DNA from: Candidatus Levyibacteriota bacterium
GTDB lineage: Bacteria > Patescibacteriota > Microgenomatia > Levybacterales > UBA12049
Length of the DNA: 64,000 bases
Assembly: GCA_016182185.1 (NCBI GenBank)
Contig: JACOXU010000002.1
Coordinates: forward strand, 86,874 to 150,873
Direction: 5' to 3'
The position numbers and the translations under genes are program-made. A model generated the notes under the pieces. It saw nothing but the letters and a program-made list of their open reading frames with translations. It did no database searches and had not been told where the DNA came from. Shown here one piece after another: positions 29,137 to 38,649 of this stretch. Positions within the stretch are counted from its first letter, which is position 1. Every line of letters starts with the position of its first letter.

Positions 29137-31287
29137 CTATTTTGTCTTAGAGGATTTTGTTGCGTCTTCTGTGGGCGGAGGAATCTTAACCGGAGGATTT
29201 TGAGGCGGCAATTGAGACTCCGGAGCATTAATATTTAACCCTTGCTGGACAGACTCAGTAGAAGTTGTAGCTTCCGTTGGAGCTGCCCCTGTTTGAAGGC
29301 GTTTCTCCAAGGCGGCAATTTCCTGGTTTATTCTATCTAAATTAACCTTATCATTAGCGACCAATCTTTGTACAATTTGGTATTGAGACAAAGCATCTGC
29401 AAGACTTCCTTTTTGCTCAAGCGCATGCCCGAGGTTATAGTATGCATTGGCATAATCCGGCTTTAAGGATGCAGCGATTTGAAATTGCCTGATAGCATTA
29501 TCCCATTGTCCCAGCTGGTAATAAATTCCACCAAGATTAATATATTCTGTCGGGTTATTTGGGTCAAGAACAATTGCCTGTTGATTGCTAAGTATCGCAA
29601 AGGAATCTGCATTTTGCCCAAATCCAATTAAACTTCTATAAATTGAAGCAAGATTCTGCCAATTAAGAGCTGTTTGCGGAGAATAAGTAGCGGCTGAACG
29701 CCCAGCGTTAATTGACTGCTGGATTAATGTTAATATTGTTTGTTGTGTTTCCTGGTTTGGCGTCTGACCTTGTGGCTGCTGAGACGCAAGGGAATTGGCA
29801 AGAGCAAAATTTGTCTGAGAGAAAATTCTATAGTACGCGTCCCTATATGGAAAAACCTGGATGGCATTGGCCTGCTTGATGTAGGTTAGAGTTCCGTTAT
29901 TTTGAGAGGCTGCCACGAGAGATTGTTGGAATACCACATCAGATACAAGATATTTAACACTAAAAAATCCAATAGTTCCAGCTATCAAGGCAATTATAAT
30001 AAAGCTTATGATCGACAAGATTGCGTTCTTTTCTCTACTTGGGTTATCAAAAGATATCAAGCCTTGTCGAAGAGCCACAATTTGAAGCTCTATGTCAAAA
30101 TATCCTTCAGAAACAGCATTGTTCTTAAGTCCTTGCATGGCCGATGCAATTGCAAGCACAATGAAGAATAGAGCAATTATTACGAAGGAAAAGGGGAGTA
30201 CGAAACTCGCCAATATTCCTAAAAGAGTGATGGTCAATATTGTTCTTTTTCTAATTATTTTAAATAGAATAAACAGGAAAGATAATAAGCCTGCTACACC
30301 TGTGGTTGCCAAAAGTTCCAAGATAAAGCTTGATGATCTGAAGAAAGTCAGAAGCCAAAGATCTTGACTCTGGTTGAAGGCAATCTGTTTAAATCTGGTA
30401 AAATCTGTGGCAAACGTGCCAAAACCGCTGCCAAAAAGCAATCCCAAAACAACTCTTCCTGCATCCTGAGAAATTGCGGCAAAGGCAGTTTGAAATCCTG
30501 TTTCGAATGGCAAAATTAGGAATCCGCCTGATTGCTTGCTGAAGGTGAATAACTCAAAAACAGATAAAATAAATCCTACAAAAATTAAAATAAATCCTAC
30601 TCCAAAGGCAATTTCATTCACTGTAATCTTTTGCCGTCTTGCATGTTCATGGTGCTCGCTAGCCTGATCTGCAAGCGGAGTTTCATCTTTTGATCTTTTA
30701 ACAAAATGAGAAAAGAGAGGCCAAACAAAATAAAGAGCAAGAGGAAGGGAAATAAATAAATAAAGAGCTTGATCTAAAATTGAACCTGTCGTGCTGAAAG
30801 CTTGTACTCGGGTAAATTCAAAAGGCAGGATATATACTTTAAGAAATGTCAGAATCCCAATTATTGCAAGAAGAGCAGCGCCTCCAATAAGAGAAATTGC
30901 CATAAAAAGAACTGAATTTTTTTCTCTTGAATTATTTACAATAATGAAGAAGAGTAACACGACCAGCAATAGAGGTACGACTGAAATTATAGAATCAGCT
31001 TTATTTACAGCAAAAAACGAAGATACAAGAGCAACCGCCGCAAAAATAATCACCGGCAAGTCAAAGGGGGTTCTTCGTATAACAACATGCCCGCTCGCAA
31101 TAATTTTTATACCGAAGAATATAAGAGAAAGAAGGGCAACGCCCACCAGGAGAACTTGCTTGGGGAGGATAAATGGATCGGTAGTAGCTGTAGTTATTAC
31201 AAGAGGGAATAATAACAGCATTATTCCCAGAAGGAAAACTGTTGCGTTTTCAAGATATGAGATAATTTCGTTTTTCGACTGGGCCAT
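29137..31287 (-). CDS. O-antigen ligase/Wzy-like polytopic membrane protein with C-terminal TPR repeats
   Basis: About 12 TM helices with a large periplasmic loop, in a Wzy_C-like arrangement. Several C-terminal TPR units (YANAYYNLGHALEQKGSLADALSQYQ), then a Pro-rich tail. Confidence 0.45.
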   Translation of the reverse strand: MAQSKNEIISYLENATVFLLGIMLLLFPLVITTATTDPFILPKQVLLVGVALLSLIFFGIKIIASGHVVIRRTPFDLPVIIFAAVALVSSFFAVNKADSIISVVPLLLVVLLFFIIVNNSREKNSVLFMAISLIGGAALLAIIGILTFLKVYILPFEFTRVQAFSTTGSILDQALYLFISLPLALYFVWPLFSHFVKRSKDETPLADQASEHHEHARRQKITVNEIAFGVGFILIFVGFILSVFELFTFSKQSGGFLILPFETGFQTAFAAISQDAGRVVLGLLFGSGFGTFATDFTRFKQIAFNQSQDLWLLTFFRSSSFILELLATTGVAGLLSFLFILFKIIRKRTILTITLLGILASFVLPFSFVIIALFFIVLAIASAMQGLKNNAVSEGYFDIELQIVALRQGLISFDNPSREKNAILSIISFIIIALIAGTIGFFSVKYLVSDVVFQQSLVAASQNNGTLTYIKQANAIQVFPYRDAYYRIFSQTNFALANSLASQQPQGQTPNQETQQTILTLIQQSINAGRSAATYSPQTALNWQNLASIYRSLIGFGQNADSFAILSNQQAIVLDPNNPTEYINLGGIYYQLGQWDNAIRQFQIAASLKPDYANAYYNLGHALEQKGSLADALSQYQIVQRLVANDKVNLDRINQEIAALEKRLQTGAAPTEATTSTESVQQGLNINAPESQLPPQNPPVKIPPPTEDATKSSKTK

Positions 31288-31358
31288 AGTATTAATCTAT
31301 CAACATAAATATTCCTTGTCAACAATAAATTACCGATATTTAATGTATCAATTGCCTT

Positions 31359-34300
31359 TTAATTTAAGATGAACCAATTAAAAGGAATGTCCTTATATAA
31401 TGGTGTATTTATTCCTACGGTGAATGAAACATTTGGCACTTGCCTTATCAAATAAAGCACCAGATTATAGGTATCTACGGTAGGAGTAATGTAGATTAAA
31501 GATTTATCGGTAATTGATTTATTAAATATGGTAATCTCTTTCTGACCGCTCTTTATAGTTGCGATACCCGCTGATCCGGTTGCAAGAGCCTGAGTTTCAG
31601 AGATTGCCAAAGCAGGCTGAACCAGGGAGAAATTTAATTTGGAAAAGGTTCCGCTTCCCGATGATATGATATCCCCAAGTTCATTTACAGAAAGAACGGC
31701 CGAATTACTTGAGTTTCTGATCTGAAATGAGGGACTATTATAGTTCTCACTCGATTTGAGAGCAAAAACCAAATCTTGATCCGGAATTGGAGCAATTATA
31801 TTGGCAGATATTGTACCTCTAACCTTTAGATCTTTTGCAAATTCAGCGTTTCCTGAGACTTTTAAATTACCCTCCGTATCAATATATACCAATCCACTCA
31901 AAAGGGAAATTCCGCCTTGTCTTAAAGGCTGAAGCTCAAGATCGCTTCCCAAGACATTTATTGACCTGTTGGCAAGGATTAAGTTTGAGTCGACAGATAA
32001 TTCTCCTACTATAGATACATTGGATAGAGAGGAGGGACCAAGAGATATAAATCCCTGTTCAAAATAAGCAGTTGATGCTTTCAGCTCATCTATGTATGCC
32101 AATTGAGCTGAAAAGGTAGCAAGGTTTAAAATTTCAGATAAGTCTTTGGGATTAATCTGAGATAGTGTTGTCCTGCCAGAATCATTCGGTTGTAAATCAG
32201 ATTCCTCTGAGGCAAATTTTGCTTCCAGCGATTCAATTTGATCTGCTATTATTTTATTAACCCTTAAGATCCCGCTGATTGATGCATTATCGGAATTAAG
32301 ATTTTTCGCTTCTACGTCTTGAGCCGTTAATTTTCCACTGATTGATGCATCCCCGTTACTATTTATAGTAGCCACATCCTGATTTTGCGAATTTTTTATC
32401 ACTAAGGCAGTGTTCTGACCGGCTGAGCCTGAAGCAAGCTTAATTACAAGATTACTGTCTTTTGATAGGGGGCTTATAATATTTGCATATAAGCGGTCGG
32501 TTTTAACCACTGGGGAAATGATTTCATTACTTAAGTTTTCCGCAATAATATCTTTAACGTAATCCTTAAGACTCTGCCCGTTTATAAACACAGAATTAGT
32601 AGCAACTGTCAAAGAATCAGTTGATATTTCACGAGCCTTAATAATTCCTGCCTCTAAATTTTCAACTACTGCCTGAGCCAGAAATTGAGCCGCAGATAAG
32701 GTTTCGTCAATCGCTTGGATTGGGAAAGGATTGGGATTTTGATAACCAATGCCAAGAAGTAGCAAAATCTCTCCCTTGCAGTTTGAATTTTCAATTAAAC
32801 CAAAATTATCACTCGGTGCTTGAACGTTGAGGCAAGAGGCAGGATTGAATGACTGAAGAGCCCTTCCAACAACCATGCCTTCTTTGGTTGCTTTCATGGC
32901 ATAGCCAGGAATTTCTGATGACGTGAGCAGATCTCCCTCATTGATAGGACCATTAATACTGGAAACTTTGGTAGAAACAATTCCCACAAGACCAACAGGT
33001 ATTGATTTTTCTCCAAGATTTTCACCACCTAAGAAACTCGGGTTTCTTGAAGCTACACCAACGATCCTTTCATTCTGTTTACAGGGGGTTGCAAAACCTT
33101 TTTCGTCAAGACACAATATTTCTCCATAATCAATCTTTTGATTCTCATCTTTCCTTAGATATTCGGCAAAATCAGCAATTCCGTTTGTTTGATACTGTAT
33201 TCCTGTTGATCCATTTCCCCTTATCATACCGACTGTTCCCATTCCATCCTGTTCAAAATTGACCCATTTGTTTGAAGTTTGTGTATTGACCGAATTATTA
33301 CCAAGCCTTATTATTAGACCGCTTGCGTCATTTGAGGTACTACTATTATATATACGCGCCGCAGCGGTTGCTGCTTGAGCTTCCTGGACATCCAGACGGT
33401 AAGACGGATCATTTGTTCCAACCGCAACATTTCCTGCAAAGCTTGATTCAACCGATGAGTCATAAACTCTCAATGATCCGGAGATCTCAAGATCACCTTC
33501 AGAAGAAAATGTATTGGCGGTTGAGAAAAAATTTATATTTCCGCTTGAAAAGGATTGGAGCGTTAATCCTCCTTTACCTTTTGAGCTTAGAAAAAGGCCA
33601 GTATCATTAGTAGTAGTTATCTCAGAACTTAATCCGGAAAGGAATAAGTCGCCTGCAATTGTTGTATTTCCACTATTATCCACGGTAAATTTAGCAATTC
33701 TGCTTGCCGATGCGCTAATGAGTGGTCCTAAGTCGTTTTGATTGATGGTAAGGGCCGATTGAGCACTTGAGGTAGCAAGAATTGCAAACAAATCATCTAC
33801 TTCTACTGCTCCAGGTACGTCTGATAGGTTGTTATTGTTTGTGCTATTTTGTAATGGTTTCTGTAGATCAATTTTTCCCAACCCGTCAGGGGATAGCTGA
33901 ACATCTGAATTACTACCGAAAATTGTAGATAAGTATAATATATTTCCCGAAAGACTTAATTTACTATTTACAGCCTGGATAATATGGGGAATTTCGCCGC
34001 CTATCGAGAGATTTCCCGAAGAATCAAGCGCAAGAATTGCATTTGAATCAAGGGGTTCTTTTCCTGAGTTCGTAATAAGTTTAAGACCTTCAATTGATTT
34101 TGCATCCGAGGAAAGAGCAGTATTGGCAATCTGCTGACGAGGGATTAATTCATCTTTGTCTTCAATTGTTATACCAAGCCAGAGTGAAGAATTTTGCATG
34201 AAGATAGATTGAGGTATTTCGTTTTTCTCCCCTAGGCTTATCGTATATTCCCCGTTTTCATTTGGCCTAACCTGATCTAATTCTTCCCAAAGTAACGCTG

Positions 34301-35618
34301 ATCCTGATGCCTTATGATCATTATAAAGCGCAAAACGCAGATTTGTAGGCAATGTGACAGGATTACCTAAAGAGTCGGTGAGCTTTTGCCTGAAGGAGAG
34401 AACCTTTGTTTGATTAAATGGAGACTCTGCTTTAGCAAATTGTTTTCTGTCCAGTGTATTTCGAAAAAGCGATTGATATAATCCAAAACCCAAAGCAGAT
34501 GTGAAGATTATAAGTAAAGCAAAATGTAAATAATGAGATATTGGAAAAGAATGATATGCTTTGTACCATTTTGGTCTTTTATGCAATACATAATGGCTTA
34601 ATTTCTTATGTAGCGTAAGGTATTTTATTGATATAGGAGCGTAGAACGCTTTATTAATATTTGTAACTTGAGGGCCCAGGTTAATATCAGGTTTTTCTAT
34701 AAGTCGTCCTTTTTTGGTAAAAATTGATACTGAAGCAAAAATGGGTTTCTTTTTGAATCGCCAGATTAGATATTGAGTTTCATCCATAGCGCTTATGATC
34801 GGGTTTACCAGCGTATAGTCGAAGACTTTATCAAAGACCCGTATAATTTTTTGTCCTACTCTTACCGGAGGTATTTTTGAATATGAGGCGTAAAGAGGCT
34901 CAGGTCTAATAAGATCTGCCTTTTGATCAGATATGTTTGATCGTAGAGGTTTTTTTAAATCGATCGGACTAATTGATTCCAGTTCTTCCTTAGGGGTGTT
35001 TATTAAACCTGCTTCATGGCACCAGCTCAAATATTTTCTAATAGAAGAAAGCTTACGATTTACACTTGAGGGAGAGAAGTTGCTTTGTATTAGACGAGTT
35101 TTATACTCTTCAACTAAGCTACTGTTCAATTTTTCATAAATATTATCTTTTTTTACAATCCAAGCCTCTTTTGCTTCGGTAACCTTGTCAGCCCATAAAA
35201 GGAACTGCTTGATGTCATTTAAATAGTTTTTTATGGTAATCGATGATGATCCATTTGTATATAGATAGTTCTTGAAATTCCTGAAATTAAATTTATCTGA
35301 ATCCCTACCGTTGCCTTTAATCGATACTTCGAATGGATTAATTTGGATGTTTTTTTGGATTGTCAGAAAAGAGAAAAACTTTCGTAGTGAAGATAGGTAG
35401 CGCAAAACAGAATTTATTGACTGAGTGTTAGAAAGTTCTTTATTAAAAATATTAATTATTTCGGGAGTGATTAGAGAGGGAGTAAAACTAGTTTCAAAAG
35501 TATGTTCATACCAGTTGATAAATTTTTTAATATCAGCAGAATAATTTTTAACCGTTAATTTTGACGGAGGAGTTTGTTGTGAAAATAAATAATCCCTAAA
35601 TTGGACAATAAATTCCAT
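31359..35618 (-). CDS. giant (1419 aa) membrane-anchored surface protein with three N-terminal integrase-type SAM-like (core-binding) domains
   Basis: Three tandem ~70-aa repeats (LTVKNYSADIKKFINWYEHTF, ITIKNYLNDIKQFLLWADKV, SVNRKLSSIRKYLSWCHEAGLI) resemble the phage-integrase N-terminal SAM-like domain, but no catalytic domain follows. A single TM helix lies near aa 365-385. A ~1000-aa Ser/Thr/Asn/Gly-rich, beta-rich extracellular region follows. Confidence 0.5.
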   Translation of the reverse strand: MEFIVQFRDYLFSQQTPPSKLTVKNYSADIKKFINWYEHTFETSFTPSLITPEIINIFNKELSNTQSINSVLRYLSSLRKFFSFLTIQKNIQINPFEVSIKGNGRDSDKFNFRNFKNYLYTNGSSSITIKNYLNDIKQFLLWADKVTEAKEAWIVKKDNIYEKLNSSLVEEYKTRLIQSNFSPSSVNRKLSSIRKYLSWCHEAGLINTPKEELESISPIDLKKPLRSNISDQKADLIRPEPLYASYSKIPPVRVGQKIIRVFDKVFDYTLVNPIISAMDETQYLIWRFKKKPIFASVSIFTKKGRLIEKPDINLGPQVTNINKAFYAPISIKYLTLHKKLSHYVLHKRPKWYKAYHSFPISHYLHFALLIIFTSALGFGLYQSLFRNTLDRKQFAKAESPFNQTKVLSFRQKLTDSLGNPVTLPTNLRFALYNDHKASGSALLWEELDQVRPNENGEYTISLGEKNEIPQSIFMQNSSLWLGITIEDKDELIPRQQIANTALSSDAKSIEGLKLITNSGKEPLDSNAILALDSSGNLSIGGEIPHIIQAVNSKLSLSGNILYLSTIFGSNSDVQLSPDGLGKIDLQKPLQNSTNNNNLSDVPGAVEVDDLFAILATSSAQSALTINQNDLGPLISASASRIAKFTVDNSGNTTIAGDLFLSGLSSEITTTNDTGLFLSSKGKGGLTLQSFSSGNINFFSTANTFSSEGDLEISGSLRVYDSSVESSFAGNVAVGTNDPSYRLDVQEAQAATAAARIYNSSTSNDASGLIIRLGNNSVNTQTSNKWVNFEQDGMGTVGMIRGNGSTGIQYQTNGIADFAEYLRKDENQKIDYGEILCLDEKGFATPCKQNERIVGVASRNPSFLGGENLGEKSIPVGLVGIVSTKVSSINGPINEGDLLTSSEIPGYAMKATKEGMVVGRALQSFNPASCLNVQAPSDNFGLIENSNCKGEILLLLGIGYQNPNPFPIQAIDETLSAAQFLAQAVVENLEAGIIKAREISTDSLTVATNSVFINGQSLKDYVKDIIAENLSNEIISPVVKTDRLYANIISPLSKDSNLVIKLASGSAGQNTALVIKNSQNQDVATINSNGDASISGKLTAQDVEAKNLNSDNASISGILRVNKIIADQIESLEAKFASEESDLQPNDSGRTTLSQINPKDLSEILNLATFSAQLAYIDELKASTAYFEQGFISLGPSSLSNVSIVGELSVDSNLILANRSINVLGSDLELQPLRQGGISLLSGLVYIDTEGNLKVSGNAEFAKDLKVRGTISANIIAPIPDQDLVFALKSSENYNSPSFQIRNSSNSAVLSVNELGDIISSGSGTFSKLNFSLVQPALAISETQALATGSAGIATIKSGQKEITIFNKSITDKSLIYITPTVDTYNLVLYLIRQVPNVSFTVGINTPLYKDIPFNWFILN

Positions 35619-36175
35619 AAAATATTATTGAGATAATGATGTGAAAATTTACTACATAGCCTCAAAATTATACTAATTATACGGATTATCTTAGATAAAA
35701 CTGATAATTTTATCTAGAATAAGTTATATAATATTTTATGTCAAGAACCTAGAGTAATTTGCTTAGTTTAATTCGATATATATTGATGTACTTTATTGCT
35801 AAAATTTTATATGTGAAAAAATATGAATCAGCCGTGAAATAGTAAGGTAGCATTATTATTCTGTTAATTTTCGTATTTAATCTATTTTTTACTATATATA
35901 AATCTATATATTTTAATATCAAAATCTTATTTTTTGCAAATGATTGATTTTGATGTATTTAATTGAAAATTTAGAGTTGAAGATGGGTGCTTGTTAAATT
36001 TGGGTCGATTTTGTGGATTTATTTTGAGGCTAACAGCCATAACTATAGTCCTATATTTGGCGCTTTCCGACTTCAAGTGATAAATTATTGTAAGTAGCTA
36101 TTTAGATTGGTTTGACAGTTAATGTTTTTTAAAGCGGGTAATTATTGACTCAATTTTCTTCTCTTTTTTTGATTA

Positions 36176-37180
36176 CTATCTATTTTTTAATTTTCGTGCC
36201 ACTTTTTTGGCTAAAGTTAATGTAGCAAATAAACCGATCAAGACAATAATAGCATATTTAACAGGAAAAGCAATAAACGAGAGCGATTTACTAATGGTCG
36301 GGCTGTTATCGGATAGAGAGATATTAAGCTCAGCAGTATAATATCCAAGTATAAATCGCTTTGGCAAGTAAATCTTTGTTTCATTACTTCTACTTGATGA
36401 ATTAAAAATTTTGTTTTCCTGCTCATTGTAATTTGACATCAATCTTGATGAATTTGATAATATATTAACTGAATCAAGTTTAATCCTGCCTACAGTTTTA
36501 CCAAAGATGTTTTTTATCGTTATGTTTCCCTGGGGAGAAATAAATGAGCTACCCTTATTTGTAATTTCCAGATCAAATTCAATAGGCGAGTCATTAAAAA
36601 AAGTTTTTGAATCAAACCTAGAGATTTCAGCTTGAATTTTATTATTTCTAACAATAGATAAAAGCACGTTGCTTGCTATTCCTTGAGAAATCTGTGAGTG
36701 ACTAAATTTAGAATCATTTTTTGGTAGGGATAGAAAGATAATTGAAAAGTAAAGATCTAAAGATGTATAATTTTCCGGTATATTTACTCTCAGGTTAAGT
36801 TTTTTCTTCTGTTTGGGAGCAAGGATAATGTTTCCTTCCAAGGCTTTTTCTCCATCATATATTCTTATCTTATTTAGAAGCTCTGTCTTTTCTATGCTTA
36901 GTTGATTTGATTCAACGGACTCGACCTCTCCGTTTTTCTTATCTGTTGCTGTAAATGGCCTTAAAATTATTTGGATTTCAACTGGTTCTTTCTCAAGATT
37001 ATTTATCCAAAATTGGGCTGATACATCAGCAGGGGGAATAGCACTGATCGCGATAACTGGTGGAGAAATAGAGAGCGATTGCGGAGCCGCCATGGTCTCA
37101 AGCGATAAGAGCAAAAAAATCACACCAAAAAATGCGAAGGCAACAATCTTATTTTTCATCTTAGAAATTTGGCAAAGCAA
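36176..37180 (-). CDS. hypothetical secreted/membrane-anchored protein
   Basis: N-terminal signal/TM segment and a C-terminal TM helix plus basic tail. Confidence 0.4.
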   Translation of the reverse strand: MLCQISKMKNKIVAFAFFGVIFLLLSLETMAAPQSLSISPPVIAISAIPPADVSAQFWINNLEKEPVEIQIILRPFTATDKKNGEVESVESNQLSIEKTELLNKIRIYDGEKALEGNIILAPKQKKKLNLRVNIPENYTSLDLYFSIIFLSLPKNDSKFSHSQISQGIASNVLLSIVRNNKIQAEISRFDSKTFFNDSPIEFDLEITNKGSSFISPQGNITIKNIFGKTVGRIKLDSVNILSNSSRLMSNYNEQENKIFNSSSRSNETKIYLPKRFILGYYTAELNISLSDNSPTISKSLSFIAFPVKYAIIVLIGLFATLTLAKKVARKLKNR

Positions 37181-37892
37181 TATATGTAAGTGTATTGATA
37201 TATTTTGTTATCTTTTGAGCATTTGAGATATTGACCTTATAGGTTATTTTTGCCTGTTTTTTCTTGTCTTCTGAATGGCCGCTTAGGACTTTTTCCCATG
37301 CTTCTTCTTTGGATAAATCAGGGAGTTGTTTAAATAACTGATCAGCCTCAAAATCTATACAGTCATTTCCGATCAGTTTATCGCATCTATAGCCGAATCC
37401 GTAAACGGTTGCTTCTTTCCAAACGGCAGGAATTGTTTGAGTGCAGCTTCCATTGTCGCAGGTTGTATCAGGAATTGGGATGTTTTCAGAAGATTTAAGC
37501 TCTTGATTTTCGCTTGCAAGAACAATATAGCCAGTTGAATTAGAGTAAATTGTCAGCAAATTTGTTCTCGTAACGGGATTGTTGGGTGATAAAATTCCAA
37601 AATCAATTAGGTCAGATGACAAGGAGAAGGAAAAATTTGAATTTTGCTTCTCGAAACCATATTTCACTTTAAAATTTTTTCCAATATAAATATCAGATGG
37701 AGAATCAGTTAGGCGAGGTTTTTCTTTTTTTGGCATGCTTATTGTTTCTGTAGGAACAATTGGTTCAGATTGTAGATTAATTTTATCTCCTGACATAACC
37801 TGGGCATTTAATACTTTGATATATTTTGATCCAGTAAAGAAAATTGAAATGAGCATGGAAAAGATGAAGAAAACTACAGGAGGTCGTGTCAT
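37161..37892 (-). CDS. hypothetical secreted protein
   Basis: N-terminal TM/signal. Overlaps the downstream gene by 20 nt, suggesting an operon. Confidence 0.4.
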   Translation of the reverse strand: MTRPPVVFFIFSMLISIFFTGSKYIKVLNAQVMSGDKINLQSEPIVPTETISMPKKEKPRLTDSPSDIYIGKNFKVKYGFEKQNSNFSFSLSSDLIDFGILSPNNPVTRTNLLTIYSNSTGYIVLASENQELKSSENIPIPDTTCDNGSCTQTIPAVWKEATVYGFGYRCDKLIGNDCIDFEADQLFKQLPDLSKEEAWEKVLSGHSEDKKKQAKITYKVNISNAQKITKYINTLTYIALPNF

Positions 37893-37893
37893 A

Positions 37894-38514
37894 TCAACTT
37901 ATTTCGTCTCTAATTTTCTCAGCATCTGAGACAATATTTTTAAGCTCGATAATTTCTTCAGGACTTCTAGGGGTTTCTTTTTCAAGTAAATCTTTGCTTG
38001 TATCTTCGATCTCATCTACATAACCCTCTACTTTTTCTTTCTCGAGATGATCATCCGAATCGGCACCTTTTTGATACTCTCTTCCAAACAGGAATGCAAT
38101 AGGAGAAACCAAGAGTAATGAACCGAGTCTTATAAAATTTCCGGTGACATCGTCTTTTAGAGCATCCGGAAGAAAGACCATGATGACACTTGCGCAAAAA
38201 ACAGCGATCGTAATCGGATCAAATACAAAAACCAAAGCAAATACGACAAAATATAGAAGAAAGAAGAAACTTGATGCAATACTGCCGGTTGAGAAGATAA
38301 AAAGAAGAATGATTGTGTTTAGTATAAATACTGAGAGGGGACCTCCTAAAAATATCATTTTTATTTTCTTTGTTCCAGCGAATGTACTTACTACATATAT
38401 AAAGATCAAAAAACCGATAATCTGAATTGTGTAATTCGCAAGAGGACTTTGTTGCCATATAAATACCAGGATAAAAGATAAAAGCAATAGGAGAGATTGA
38501 AGGAGTATTTTCAT
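37894..38514 (-). CDS. hypothetical polytopic membrane protein
   Basis: 4-5 TM helices, then an acidic C-terminal tail. Confidence 0.4.
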   Translation of the reverse strand: MKILLQSLLLLLSFILVFIWQQSPLANYTIQIIGFLIFIYVVSTFAGTKKIKMIFLGGPLSVFILNTIILLFIFSTGSIASSFFFLLYFVVFALVFVFDPITIAVFCASVIMVFLPDALKDDVTGNFIRLGSLLLVSPIAFLFGREYQKGADSDDHLEKEKVEGYVDEIEDTSKDLLEKETPRSPEEIIELKNIVSDAEKIRDEIS

Positions 38515-38649
38515 ACTTCGAATTCCTCAGCATGATCCTGAGTTTGTCGAATGGTCATAATCCAATCGTATAGAATTGCGCCTCAAAAAGCAAGATATAA
38601 ATTAATTTTTAATATGGATAGGTTAATTTTCTTGTGATATACTTCGTTT

